A stretch of 58,315 nt of DNA, taken from contig DYSC01000001.1 of assembly GCA_020726365.1 (NCBI GenBank), positions 15,808 to 74,122 on the forward strand, read 5' to 3'. Source of the stretch: Porphyromonas sp. (lineage in GTDB: Bacteria > Bacteroidota > Bacteroidia > Bacteroidales > Paludibacteraceae). Below, in pieces: positions 18,547-29,184 of the stretch. A model generated the notes under the pieces. It was not told the DNA's origin. It made no database searches and saw only the letters and a list, made by a program, of their open reading frames with translations. Numbering within the stretch: position 1 is the first letter of the stretch; every line of letters starts with the position of its first letter. A program made the position numbers and the translations under genes.

Positions 18547-21063
18547 TAACTGCTTCAAAATCTGTTCCAAATGATAATCGTCCATTACAAGTACCTGTCG
18601 GGCTTTGCTACCTTCGAATGGTCCGATAATGCCCGCTACTTCCAATTGATCCACAATGCGACCTGCACGGTTGTAGCCAATGGAGAATTTGCGCTGAATA
18701 AGAGATGTGGAGCCTTGCTGACTTGCTACAATCAGGCGTGCAGCCTCCTCGAACAATGGATCGCGTTTGCTCATATCTACCGAACTCATATCCACACCTT
18801 CACCATCCGGATTCACATATTCCGGTAAATAGAATGCTGTAGGATAGCTTTGCTGATCGCTAATGTGATGAACAATATTTTCCACTTCGGGCGTATCCAC
18901 AAAGGCACATTGTACGCGCATTAAATCATTTCCTTGAGAGAAAAGCATATCTCCACGTCCTACCAACTGATTTGCTCCAGGAGCATCAAGAATGGTGCGC
19001 GAGTCCATCATCGACGATACGCGAAATGCTACGCGGGCTGGGAAGTTGGCTTTGATTACCCCTGTAATAATGTTTACCGATGGGCGTTGCGTTGCAATAA
19101 TCATGTGTATGCCCACCGCACGTGCCAACTGAGCAATACGGGCAATTGGCATTTCTACTTCTTTACCTGCCGTCATTATCAGGTCGCCAAACTCATCCAC
19201 AATCACCACAATATAGGGTAAAAATCGATGTCCTTTTTCGGGATTCAGATTGCGGTTGAAAAATTTCTCGTTATATTCCTTAATATTACGTACGTGCGCT
19301 TTTTTAAGCAAATCGTAGCGGTCGTCCATTTCCTTACAAAGCGAGTTGAGCGTTTCCACCACTTTGCTTGTGTCGGTTATAATGGCATCTTCGCCATCGG
19401 GGAGTTTTGCTAAAAAATGTTTTTCGATATCACCGTAAATATTAAACTCTACCTTTTTGGGATCGACTAAAACCAATTTTAGTTGCGATGGGTGTTTCTT
19501 GTAAAGTAGAGATGTAATAATGGCATTCAACCCTACCGATTTTCCTTGTCCCGTAGCTCCGGCAACGAGTAAGTGAGGCATTTTGGCTAAATCCACCATA
19601 AAAATTTCGTTTGTTATTGTACGTCCAAACGCTACAGGAAGCTCAAATTTAGACTCCTGAAATTTTTTCGAAGCAATAACCGAGTGCATGGAAACAACCT
19701 GCGGGTCGGCATTCGGCACTTCAATACCAATTGTTCCTTTGCCCGGAATTGGTGCAATAATACGAATGCCAGTAGCTGCCAAGCTGAGCATTATGTCGTA
19801 CTCCAAATTTCGTATTTTCGAAATACGTACACCAGCTTTGGGTACAATTTCGTAGAGTGTAATGGTAGGTCCTACGGTTGCTTTTATGGTTTCTATTTCG
19901 ATACCAAAGTTTTGAAGAATAGTGATAATTTTATTCTTGTTCGCATTTTGTTCCACCATGTCAATTTGCGTATCGTTGTCGGTGCCATACACTTTTAGCA
20001 GGTCGAGCGTAGGAGCCTGATAATGCGATAAATCGAGCGTGGGGTCATATTTGCCTAACTTAGAAATATTGTAAAACGGATCTTCGTTTTCGTCGCTACC
20101 AGTTGGTGTGTATTCTATATCGACCGCAGTGTTTTCTTCGGGTTGCTCGGCAGTTTCTATCTCGAAAGGAACGTCGGAAATTATAATATCTTTTTCATCA
20201 GGTTCTTCCAGATTTAATTCTTTATCATCAATCACAATACTTTCCTCTTCGTCAGCCTTAGTTACCCAGTCTTCGGGTATTATTTCTGTGCCCACAGCCA
20301 CTGTGGGTTCAAATTCTTCGGCAGTTTCATTGTCAAAAATAACATTCTCCTGTGGTATATTTTTTTGTTTTTTCGAAAATATACGTTTTAGGAATGGTAC
20401 GGTTGCTTTGGAAGAAATAACGCTGTACAGCAAAAATATTCCTGCCAACGACATAATTGTTCCGGGTAAGCCGATGTACGAATTTATCCAGTCGCTCACA
20501 TATTCGCCGTGTAAACCGCCGGGAGCAAAGAAAATCCAACCTTTTACAAACGGATTTACGGCAATTGCCAATGTTATCGAAAGCCAGATAAGCCAAAAAG
20601 CGGCATGAAAAAAGGCTGCAATAAACGACATGGATTTTACGCGCAGCAATTTTAATCCAATTATAAAACCAAAAAACAAAAGCGCAAAAGAGGATACGCC
20701 AAACCATTTGTGAATCATGGTTTCGGCTATATAAGCACCCGTAACGGATGTCCAATTCTGTATGTCAACCCGCAATTGGATAGCTTCAGCAAAAGGTAAA
20801 TCCATTTTGCTCTGGTCGGCAGCACCCGTAAAAAAATACGATACAAATGCAAGTGTGAAATACAAAACAATGATGATTACAAAAATACCGGACACAAAAT
20901 GTGTACGGTCATCTTTAAAAAAACTGATTAGCCCTTTCCAAAAACTAGCATTTTGTTCATTTTTTGGTTTGTTCGTAACTTTGTTTTCGTTTGTTGTGAT
21001 GTTTTTAAATTCCTGTTTCGCTTCAGGTTTCTGACTTGGTTTTATTGGTTTTCGGGGCGCCAT
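18544..21063 (-). CDS. ftsK: DNA translocase FtsK
   Basis: 4TM N-domain, GATGQGKS, VIVDEFGDL, ATQRPS, gamma domain GYNRAGR; start moved to 21063 below the -7 box at 21085-21092. Confidence 0.97.
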   Translation of the reverse strand: MAPRKPIKPSQKPEAKQEFKNITTNENKVTNKPKNEQNASFWKGLISFFKDDRTHFVSGIFVIIIVLYFTLAFVSYFFTGAADQSKMDLPFAEAIQLRVDIQNWTSVTGAYIAETMIHKWFGVSSFALLFFGFIIGLKLLRVKSMSFIAAFFHAAFWLIWLSITLAIAVNPFVKGWIFFAPGGLHGEYVSDWINSYIGLPGTIMSLAGIFLLYSVISSKATVPFLKRIFSKKQKNIPQENVIFDNETAEEFEPTVAVGTEIIPEDWVTKADEEESIVIDDKELNLEEPDEKDIIISDVPFEIETAEQPEENTAVDIEYTPTGSDENEDPFYNISKLGKYDPTLDLSHYQAPTLDLLKVYGTDNDTQIDMVEQNANKNKIITILQNFGIEIETIKATVGPTITLYEIVPKAGVRISKIRNLEYDIMLSLAATGIRIIAPIPGKGTIGIEVPNADPQVVSMHSVIASKKFQESKFELPVAFGRTITNEIFMVDLAKMPHLLVAGATGQGKSVGLNAIITSLLYKKHPSQLKLVLVDPKKVEFNIYGDIEKHFLAKLPDGEDAIITDTSKVVETLNSLCKEMDDRYDLLKKAHVRNIKEYNEKFFNRNLNPEKGHRFLPYIVVIVDEFGDLIMTAGKEVEMPIARIAQLARAVGIHMIIATQRPSVNIITGVIKANFPARVAFRVSSMMDSRTILDAPGANQLVGRGDMLFSQGNDLMRVQCAFVDTPEVENIVHHISDQQSYPTAFYLPEYVNPDGEGVDMSSVDMSKRDPLFEEAARLIVASQQGSTSLIQRKFSIGYNRAGRIVDQLEVAGIIGPFEGSKARQVLVMDDYHLEQILKQL

Positions 21064-21347
21064 ATTTTTTTTTATTACAAGATGCAAATTTACACAAAAA
21101 AAAATGATTTTCTTTGACTGAGTTTAATTTTTATGTGTAATTAGTACATACATTTAAGAGTTTGTATAGCTGCACTTGCACCCTATTTATCTAATAGGTG
21201 TACAGCATTGTACAGATTAAACATTTTTGTTACTATTCGGTTGTAGGAAAATAGTATGATTGAAACTAAACAATTTTTTAAATATTTTGTTATTATTGAT
21301 AAAATGTGCATATTTTACATCGGGAATTTATTTAAAAACTACACAAT

Positions 21348-23024
21348 ATGAGAAAACTACCTTATTTCAGAAATCTAATTGCTTTTTTATTTGCTTCAGC
21401 ACTGATTGTGTCTTGTACAACAGATGTTGACTGGGAAACTAAAATTAACAATTTAAAATTTGACCAAACAATAGTTTTGCCAATAGGTGATGCTAAGGTA
21501 ACTTTGTCTGACTTGTTTTCTGAGGTCGACACAGCTGCAATGGTTAAGTCAGAAGGCGTACATTTTTATTTAAGTTTAAAAGATTCAGTAGATTGGAATA
21601 TTAAACTGATATCCTCTTTGGGTAGTACAGTGCCTACACAATTGGATTTCAATCCTTTGGTTGGCACTGATGAAGGAACTATTCGCTCGTTAGAACTATC
21701 GCCTTACGAGTTAGATCTAGATGTAAATTCTGACATAAACACGCAAAGACTCGATTCTATCAGAGCTAATTCTGCTAAAATAGGAATCTCTGTTTCAGTC
21801 GAAAATGCAGTAGTACAGCCATCGGACATAAAAATTATTTTTAATTTTAATCGAGATAGAGTTAAATTTTCAAACGGTAGTACAAAACAATTTTTTACAC
21901 CTACTGCATTTACTCAGACAGAAGAATTGTTTATGGATACTTTTTCGATATACTTGCCTGATGCTACATCAAAAGTTCCGTTATCGTTACGAATTGAAAT
22001 TAAAAAAGATGGTACTGTTTTCTCTAATGATTCGAAAGTAACTATAAATTTTAAATATACCCAAATTAACACAAAAGTAATCTATGGCTATTTTCAACCC
22101 GAATTGTCATCTACTACACAAGAGAAAGTTATTGACATATCTGATTTAACTAAAGAGATACCCAAAAATATCAAATTGAAATTTACAGAACCCGAAATTA
22201 AATTTGAGACCAGAAGTAATCTCGGCATAAAAGTTGGTTTCCATATTGATGAATTAAAGGCTTATTTAGCTTCTGATGAAACTAAGATTGTAAAGGCTAA
22301 TTTCGATGGATCTGATAGTAAGTTGATAACATTAAACAGAAAAAATAAATATGAAGATCAGCCTGTAAGTACAAACTATACCATGAATAATACTGTAGCT
22401 AATGGCTCAATTCAGAATCTTTTTAGTGCAGACTTTATTCCAGACAGACTTAGATATAAGTATCATGTCGATAATCAAGGAGTTAATAACTATCCCAATC
22501 CAACAGTTCCTGCTGATTTTTACGCTCCTGGAGTTCCATTTAGAACATATATATATGTTAAGTTGCCTTTAAAATTTGCAGGTGGAAGTTATGCAGAACT
22601 TACTGATTCGATTACAGATATTAAAATTGATACAGCGAATATTAACGACAAGTATATTGAAATAGCCCAGCTATTAATAAAAATAACCAATAAATTTCCA
22701 GTGAAAATAAAATTGACTCTAAAATTTTTAAGTTCCACTGGTGAAATACTCGATTTGGGGAATGTTTTTGACATACCCGAAATACCCGCAACAACAACAG
22801 ATGTAAATGGTGTAGTAACGGGAACACCATCACCAGTTACAATAAAAATTGATGTCAACAACGAAAAAATTTCAGAATTAACTAAACTAAACAAAATAGT
22901 TTACACGGTTAGAGCTGATAGTAAAGACAGTGCAAGTCCAATAATATTTCATAAAGATAATTCTATTGAAATAAAAGCCGGCATTTTTGCTAAAGGGAAA
23001 GCAACTTTAAAATCAATTCGCTAA
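21348..23024 (+). CDS. Uncharacterised beta-rich surface lipoprotein (paralog of 27500-29170)
   Basis: Lipobox LIVSC followed by TTDVDWE (acidic); shares PIG..TL.D, EP.IKF, PDRL.YK, VK.PLK...GS motifs with the paralog. Confidence 0.8.
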   Translation: MRKLPYFRNLIAFLFASALIVSCTTDVDWETKINNLKFDQTIVLPIGDAKVTLSDLFSEVDTAAMVKSEGVHFYLSLKDSVDWNIKLISSLGSTVPTQLDFNPLVGTDEGTIRSLELSPYELDLDVNSDINTQRLDSIRANSAKIGISVSVENAVVQPSDIKIIFNFNRDRVKFSNGSTKQFFTPTAFTQTEELFMDTFSIYLPDATSKVPLSLRIEIKKDGTVFSNDSKVTINFKYTQINTKVIYGYFQPELSSTTQEKVIDISDLTKEIPKNIKLKFTEPEIKFETRSNLGIKVGFHIDELKAYLASDETKIVKANFDGSDSKLITLNRKNKYEDQPVSTNYTMNNTVANGSIQNLFSADFIPDRLRYKYHVDNQGVNNYPNPTVPADFYAPGVPFRTYIYVKLPLKFAGGSYAELTDSITDIKIDTANINDKYIEIAQLLIKITNKFPVKIKLTLKFLSSTGEILDLGNVFDIPEIPATTTDVNGVVTGTPSPVTIKIDVNNEKISELTKLNKIVYTVRADSKDSASPIIFHKDNSIEIKAGIFAKGKATLKSIR

Positions 23025-23042
23025 TTCAAAACATTAACATTT

Positions 23043-25583
23043 ATGAGACGTATTCATATATTTATCTTGATCCTGTCGATATCAATCTTTTCGGTACCGA
23101 CTACACATGCTCAGCAAGTAAACAATCTTTATTTTCTCGAAAATGCACCTGTTCGCCATTATTTAAACCCCGCTTTTCAACCCCTAAGTGGTTTTTATTT
23201 GGGATTTCCAGTGTTGGGTTACACGCAGTTTGGTGTTGGCAATAATTCATTTACACTAAGTTCGTTGGCAACTCCAAAGTTGGATGTGTTTCAGTCTTTA
23301 AAGCAAACTACTAATTTGCATTCCGATATACAATTTAACATTCTTGATTTTGGCTTTCGCAATAAAGATACCTACTGGAGTTTTGGAATAACAGAAAAGG
23401 TAAACATTCAAGTAGGCTTACCTAAGCATTTATTTGAACTTATGATGTTTGGTGCTGCACGTGAAGTGAATGGTGAAGTTCAATATGAGAATAATATTTT
23501 TGACTTAAAGACCTTGAGCTTAGGGGCTCAGGCGTATACAGAGGCTGCTCTTGGCTATTCGAAATTGTTAAATGAAAAATGGAGTGTCGGTGCAAAATTA
23601 AAATTTCTGTATGGTACAGGAAATCTAAGTGCACGTTTTGATAACTTTGAATTAGTTACAGGTGTGGATCAGTGGAGGATTAAAGCAAATGGCATTCTAA
23701 ATATCTCATCTCCTATTAAAATTAAAATAGTTGATGATAGTTTGTCATATTCACTACCAAGTGCAGTTACCGACTATGCAAAACCTTATGGAATGGGGGG
23801 AGCAATTGATTTAGGTTTTACCTATAAACCATTAAGTTTTCTAACCATTGGATTAGCCATGAACGATTTAGGTTTTATCAGATGGAATAAGAACGTAAAT
23901 CAAATAGGATTTGGAATGGATTATACCTTTAATGGTGTAGATACTTTGACAACAAATGATTTATTTAATGGGATAAATACCAATGCTCTCGTTGATACTA
24001 TTGCCAGTAACTTTAATAAAGCTAAAGATATAAACAATGACACAAAGGCTTATTTCACAAATATAAGCCCCAGAATAAATGCAAGTGCTGAAATAGGGGT
24101 ATTAAAAAACTCAATTAGTTTAGGGCTGCTTTCTTCGACTCAGATTATTAATAGCGTTGTTTATCAGGATATTACAACATCACTAAATTTGCGTCCGATT
24201 AATTGGTTTAATCTTGCGTTATCCTATTCGTTATTTAATGGTCGAACAAGTAATATAGGAGCTGGTATAGGAATGCGTATTGGAATGTTTAATACCTTTG
24301 TTACGGCAGACTATGTACCTGTTAATTATACTCGTTTTCCAATTTCTGTATTTGATCCAAATTCAAGTGATATTATACCATTACCATATAAAACAGACCG
24401 AGTAAATTTGGCTTTAGGGTTTAATATTGTATTTGGGAATAAACAAGACAAAGATAAGGACGGCGTAAGCAATCGTATTGATAAATGTCCGGATACTCCT
24501 CATGGGGTGATTGTAGACAAAAAAGGTTGTCCTATAGATACTGATGGCGATAGAGTGTATGACTTTTTGGACAAATGCCCCGATACCCCAAAAGAAGCTT
24601 ATAGTAATATTGATGCCGATGGCTGCCCGATTGATACCGATGGCGATGGTGTATTTGATTATTTAGATAAATGTCCAGGAACTGTACCGGCAGCTTATGG
24701 CAAAGTGGATGAAAATGGTTGCCCGAAAGATACAGATAAGGATGGTATAGTCGATTATCTCGACAAATGTGAAGCTACACCAGAGGGTGTAATGGTCGAT
24801 TCCTTAGGTTGTCCGCTCGACGAAGATGGTGATAATGTACCTGATTATTTGGATAAATGCCCTGCCACACCAATTGAAGCACGCGGTTTGATTGATTCTG
24901 TTGGTTGTCCTATCGACAAAGATATAGATGGCGTGTACGATTATCTCGATTTATGTCCGAATACACCTGCTGAAGCTCGTGGCAATGTAGATAAAAACGG
25001 TTGTCCGAAAGATACCGACCAAGATGGGGTTGCCGACTACTTAGATAAATGCCCCGATACGCCACTCGAAGCCAAAGGTACAGTTGATGCAAATGGTTGT
25101 CCTCGCGATACCGATGGTGATGGTGTGTTGGATTACCTCGACAACTGTCCTCGATTAGCCGGAGTGGCTTCCAATAAAGGTTGTCCTGAAATCAAAAAAG
25201 AAGTTCGTATGTTATTCCAAAAAGCATTGCAAGGCATACAGTTCGAAACAGCTAAATGGATTATCAAACCCGTTTCGTTCAAAATTTTGGATGATGTGGC
25301 GAAGGTATTAGCTGAAAACCCAACATATTTGGTAGAAATTCAGGGACATACCGATAATGTAGGTAAAAAGGCTGCTAATCAGTTGTTATCCGAAAACAGA
25401 GCCAAAGCAGTCCGCGATTACTTGATTAAGAAAGGTATCGACGAAAAACGAATGACTTCAAATGGTTATGGCGATACCAAGCCTGTATTGCCAAATACAA
25501 ATGCTAAAAATAAAGCTAAAAACCGACGCGTGGAGTTTGTGGTTAGTTTTGAAGAGGTTAAAATTGTAGAAGAGGAATTATAA
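23043..25583 (+). CDS. DUF5723-like outer-membrane barrel + 8 TSP3-like repeats + OmpA C-terminal domain
   Basis: Signal peptide, YLNPA, amphipathic strands, DxDxDG..D.CP..GCP repeats, IQGHTDN, LSENRA, NRRVEF. Confidence 0.85.
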   Translation: MRRIHIFILILSISIFSVPTTHAQQVNNLYFLENAPVRHYLNPAFQPLSGFYLGFPVLGYTQFGVGNNSFTLSSLATPKLDVFQSLKQTTNLHSDIQFNILDFGFRNKDTYWSFGITEKVNIQVGLPKHLFELMMFGAAREVNGEVQYENNIFDLKTLSLGAQAYTEAALGYSKLLNEKWSVGAKLKFLYGTGNLSARFDNFELVTGVDQWRIKANGILNISSPIKIKIVDDSLSYSLPSAVTDYAKPYGMGGAIDLGFTYKPLSFLTIGLAMNDLGFIRWNKNVNQIGFGMDYTFNGVDTLTTNDLFNGINTNALVDTIASNFNKAKDINNDTKAYFTNISPRINASAEIGVLKNSISLGLLSSTQIINSVVYQDITTSLNLRPINWFNLALSYSLFNGRTSNIGAGIGMRIGMFNTFVTADYVPVNYTRFPISVFDPNSSDIIPLPYKTDRVNLALGFNIVFGNKQDKDKDGVSNRIDKCPDTPHGVIVDKKGCPIDTDGDRVYDFLDKCPDTPKEAYSNIDADGCPIDTDGDGVFDYLDKCPGTVPAAYGKVDENGCPKDTDKDGIVDYLDKCEATPEGVMVDSLGCPLDEDGDNVPDYLDKCPATPIEARGLIDSVGCPIDKDIDGVYDYLDLCPNTPAEARGNVDKNGCPKDTDQDGVADYLDKCPDTPLEAKGTVDANGCPRDTDGDGVLDYLDNCPRLAGVASNKGCPEIKKEVRMLFQKALQGIQFETAKWIIKPVSFKILDDVAKVLAENPTYLVEIQGHTDNVGKKAANQLLSENRAKAVRDYLIKKGIDEKRMTSNGYGDTKPVLPNTNAKNKAKNRRVEFVVSFEEVKIVEEEL
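24447..25187 (+). repeat. Eight intragenic TSP3-like (Ca-binding, two-Cys) repeats
   Basis: Units such as DTDGDGVFDYLDKCP...DENGCP, about 30 aa each. Confidence 0.85.
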
Positions 25584-25588
25584 TGACT

Positions 25589-25623
25589 TCCATAGACCGA
25601 TATTTTAAATATCGGTCTATGGA
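25589..25623. terminator. Perfect 17-bp inverted repeat after the first barrel-OmpA gene
   Basis: TCCATAGACCGATATTT-T-AAATATCGGTCTATGGA; no clear U-tract. Confidence 0.55.
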
Positions 25624-25723
25624 GTTAAATAATGCTGACAATTTGATGTTTTTTTGTTCAACCATTTTTCCTGTGGGTTTTGTTATAGTAGAATTGTTGA
25701 TCTTGTTGGGTTTATATAACAAT

Positions 25724-27277
25724 ATGTCATTTGTGAAAAATAATATTATAAAATTCATTTTTTTGCTGGGGTTAATAGTTCCGACAGTTTTTCTGCAAGC
25801 ACAACAAATTAATAATTTATATTTTATTGAAAATGCACCAGTCAGACATTATTTGAATCCGGCACTTCAACCGTTAAGCGGTTTTTATTTAGGATTTCCA
25901 GTGTTGGGCTATACGCAGTTTGGGGTTGGTAATAACTCATTTACTGTAAGTGCGTTGGCTACTCCAAAGTTAGATGTGTTAAATTCGCTTAAACCAACAA
26001 CTTTATTAAATACTGATTTGCAATTTAATATACTTGATTTTGGCTTTCGAAACAAAAATGCTTATTGGAATGTTGGCATAACCGAGAAAATTAATATACA
26101 AGTAGGTTTACCAGAGCATTTATTTGAACTCATGATGTTTGGTGCAGCACGTGAAGTGAATGGTGTAACTCAATTAGAAAATAACATTTTCGACTTCAAG
26201 ACGATGAGTTTAGGGGCTCAGGCATACACAGAAGCTGCTCTTGGTTATTCGCGATTGTTAAATGATAAATGGAGTATAGGTACAAAATTAAAATTTCTAT
26301 ATGGTTTAGCCAATCTTAGTGCAAGTTTTGAAAATTTTGAATTGATTACAGGAATTGATGAATTGAAAATAAATGCAAATGGCACTCTAAATGGCTCTAC
26401 ACCATTAAAAGTCGAAATTACGAATGCTTTAGATAACATTAAAGTAACAAAACCTAATGATGTTGCTGATTATTTTAAACCTTATGGTATGGGAGGGGCT
26501 ATTGATTTTGGTATCACATTTAAACCATATAGTTTTTTAACATTAGGAGCTGCTGTAAACGATTTAGGTTTTATCAGATGGAACAAGAATACAAATAAAA
26601 TGAACTTTAGAATGGATTATTCTTTTGATGGTGTATATACATTTACATACGATTATAAGCTTAATGGAATAAAAACTGAAGTTAAAGTTGACTCTATAAT
26701 GAACAATATAAAAAAATCAATAACAACATCGTTTAAAGTAAATACCTATACAACCAATACTATTCCTAAAACTAATGTTAGTGCAGAAATAGAAATATTA
26801 AAAAATACAATCAGTTTGGGGCTACTTTCATCTACAATGTTTTATAACAATAATGTTTATCAGGACATTACAACATCACTCAATTTGAGACCTGCTAACT
26901 GGTTTAATATAGCCCTTTCGTATTCTTTGTTAAATGGTAGGGGACGCAATATTGGTGCTGGCTTAGGATTTAGAATAGGTTTAATAAGTACCTTTATAAC
27001 AACAGACTACATACCATTAAACCTAACTCGAATTCCACTTTCGGCACTTAATGTCAATCCAATTGATTTAACTAATTTGCCTTTAATTGGAAAGTCAATT
27101 GGCGTTATTGATAATGTGAAATTACCATATAAAACTGATAGATTAAATTTCGCAATTGGATTTAATATTGTGTTTGGAAACAAGCTGGATAAGGATAATG
27201 ACGGCATAAGTAATCGTCGTATCAAATGTAAAAATACACCTAAAAATGCAAATAGATGTCGATGGTTGTCCAATTGA
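25724..27277 (+). CDS. DUF5723-like barrel lacking the TSP3/OmpA tail (C-terminally truncated paralog)
   Basis: Signal peptide from ATG 25724; closely similar to the 23043 gene through NIVFGNK; ends in a degenerate first repeat. Confidence 0.8.
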   Translation: MSFVKNNIIKFIFLLGLIVPTVFLQAQQINNLYFIENAPVRHYLNPALQPLSGFYLGFPVLGYTQFGVGNNSFTVSALATPKLDVLNSLKPTTLLNTDLQFNILDFGFRNKNAYWNVGITEKINIQVGLPEHLFELMMFGAAREVNGVTQLENNIFDFKTMSLGAQAYTEAALGYSRLLNDKWSIGTKLKFLYGLANLSASFENFELITGIDELKINANGTLNGSTPLKVEITNALDNIKVTKPNDVADYFKPYGMGGAIDFGITFKPYSFLTLGAAVNDLGFIRWNKNTNKMNFRMDYSFDGVYTFTYDYKLNGIKTEVKVDSIMNNIKKSITTSFKVNTYTTNTIPKTNVSAEIEILKNTISLGLLSSTMFYNNNVYQDITTSLNLRPANWFNIALSYSLLNGRGRNIGAGLGFRIGLISTFITTDYIPLNLTRIPLSALNVNPIDLTNLPLIGKSIGVIDNVKLPYKTDRLNFAIGFNIVFGNKLDKDNDGISNRRIKCKNTPKNANRCRWLSN

Positions 27278-27353
27278 TATCGATGGTGATGACATATATG
27301 ATTATTTTGAAATTAAGAAAGAAGTGCGTCTGCTTTTCCAATTTTTAAATTAA
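27252..27353 (+). pseudogene. Frameshifted relic of a TSP3 repeat and the OmpA linker
   Basis: Alternative frame reads IDVDGCPIDIDGDDIYDYFEIKKEVRLLFQFLN*, matching IDADGCPIDTDGDGVFDYL and EIKKEVRMLFQ of the intact paralog. Confidence 0.85.
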
Positions 27354-27397
27354 TCCATATAAAATTTACTATAAAATCAAAAAAAATATTGTCAATT

Positions 27398-27432
27398 AAA
27401 GGCTGTTAGAAAATTTTCAAACAGCCTTTTTT
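27398..27432 (+). terminator. Intrinsic terminator
   Basis: AAAGGCTGTT...AACAGCCTTTTTT. Confidence 0.8.
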
Positions 27433-27499
27433 ATTGGTTTTTCGCAAATTATGTATATATTTGCCTTTTATTTGGCAAATTACAAAAATTAGTAGTAAA

Positions 27500-29170
27500 A
27501 TGGCACATTTTATTTCCTATACAAAGCTATTGAAAGGCTTGCTTTTGGCCTTAGTAGTTTCTTCTTGCACCACCGAAATCGATTGGGATAAACAAATAGA
27601 CTCTTTGATAAACGGTCAATCCTACGTAATTCCTATTGGCGAAACTACCATGACATTAAACGATATAATCGAGCAGTTCGACAGTATTCATTTTGTGGAA
27701 CCGGGTGATAATTATATTTTTCTGAACTATAAAGATACACTTAAATGGGATTTTAGAAAAACAGCTGATTTTAAAAATTTAGTAACAGTACAAAGAGAAT
27801 ATGATATTCCTGAAGGAGTTATTCCATCTAACACTACATTTGCAGCTCCCGATTTTAACGATATTATAAGCTTAGATTTTAACTCATTAGTTGAAGGGCA
27901 GCACATCGATCGCACGGAGCTGAATAGTGCTAAGGTTGAGTTAATTGTTACCAAAGAAAATTTCAACATTGATCCTTCGAATATTCGGGTAACTACATTA
28001 TTTAATTCTAATGAATTGGCTTTTGTCCCTGGTGGCGATGTGTCGAGAGGTGCTGGTTCTACCTTTATTCTTAATCCAATAGCTTTTGATATACCAGAAG
28101 TTATTACACTAAATCCTTTAACACTATATTCACCCAATAATTTATCTACCTTAAATATTACAATTCGTGTGGAAGTAATTGCTGGGAATTCGCCAATTAT
28201 TTCAGGACCAAATTCGAAAATTAAAATAAAGTACAAGCTTTTTGATGTTGATACAAAAGTGTTTTACGGAGTTATAAAACCTACCATAGCAAACGATGTT
28301 GAGGAAAAAATCGTTGATATGACTGAATACATTATGCAATTGCCTTCTAACGGGGTGTTTAAAATAGCTGAACCAATTATAAAATTCGATTTGTATAACA
28401 ATTCGGGTGTAAAGATTAACTTAGCAATTGATACAATTAAAGCCTATAGATCAAACGATGCGAGTTTTGCACCTGTTTATGCAAAATTTGATGGGGCTAT
28501 TTCTTCTTCTAAAGTAATCGAAAGGGTGCAGAATTTTGGAGAAGCACCAGCTAAATCAACTTTCTATCTTGATCATACCTTGTCTAATGGCGACATTTCT
28601 CATTTTTTCGATAGTTTTCCTTTGCCCGACAGACTTATGTATAAATTTGAGATTACAAATGCCCGTTCGGCTTCCGATCCATTGGATTTTGCTACTCCTA
28701 CATCAAATTTAACGGCTCATGTTGATGTAAAAATCCCCCTTAAACTAAATGCTGGCAGCAGTTTCGAATTGGTAGATACACTCGAAAATATTGATATGAA
28801 TAAATTAATTGATTTGAAGGTTGTGGATCAAATGATGCTCATCCTCAAAGTTACTAATAATTTACCATTAAAGGGAAAATTGTCATTGAAGTTTCTCGAT
28901 GATAACAAAATGCCTATCAGTAACTTAAAGATGTTGGCTGATTCGCTTATACAAGCGCCTCTTATCGACGATAATGGTTTGGTTGTAGGGGGGCAAAGTG
29001 TTGACTCCGACTTGAAAATAATTGTGGCAAGCTCGCAATTAAGTAAATTACGCTTAGCAAAAAGTTTGGTTTATACCATTAAAATAGAAAGTGAAGAGAA
29101 TAGGAAAATAACGCTGCAAAAGGAAAATTTTATTAAACTAAAGTTAGGTAAATTCTCACAAGCTGAATAA
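27500..29170 (+). CDS. Uncharacterised beta-rich surface lipoprotein (paralog of 21348-23024)
   Basis: Lipobox VVSSC followed by TTEIDWD; start at ATG 27500 below the -7 box TATATTTG at 27456-27463. Confidence 0.8.
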   Translation: MAHFISYTKLLKGLLLALVVSSCTTEIDWDKQIDSLINGQSYVIPIGETTMTLNDIIEQFDSIHFVEPGDNYIFLNYKDTLKWDFRKTADFKNLVTVQREYDIPEGVIPSNTTFAAPDFNDIISLDFNSLVEGQHIDRTELNSAKVELIVTKENFNIDPSNIRVTTLFNSNELAFVPGGDVSRGAGSTFILNPIAFDIPEVITLNPLTLYSPNNLSTLNITIRVEVIAGNSPIISGPNSKIKIKYKLFDVDTKVFYGVIKPTIANDVEEKIVDMTEYIMQLPSNGVFKIAEPIIKFDLYNNSGVKINLAIDTIKAYRSNDASFAPVYAKFDGAISSSKVIERVQNFGEAPAKSTFYLDHTLSNGDISHFFDSFPLPDRLMYKFEITNARSASDPLDFATPTSNLTAHVDVKIPLKLNAGSSFELVDTLENIDMNKLIDLKVVDQMMLILKVTNNLPLKGKLSLKFLDDNKMPISNLKMLADSLIQAPLIDDNGLVVGGQSVDSDLKIIVASSQLSKLRLAKSLVYTIKIESEENRKITLQKENFIKLKLGKFSQAE

Positions 29171-29184
29171 AACCTTTGTTGTAA

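Noticed and set aside
21090-21347. Invertible promoter for a phase-variable surface lipoprotein locus
   Set aside because: No recombinase nearby and no pair of long inverted repeats flanking a promoter box
25583-25723. N-terminal extensions in the ORF track (also metF, pepD, ftsK, 27434, buk, 43040, 52923, 52853)
   Set aside because: They run through hairpins, repeats or promoter regions; downstream ATGs give proper signal peptides or family N-termini
23043-27277. Diversity-generating retroelement template/variable repeat pair
   Set aside because: Similarity spans whole genes, differences are not adenine-specific, and there is no reverse transcriptase; ordinary duplication
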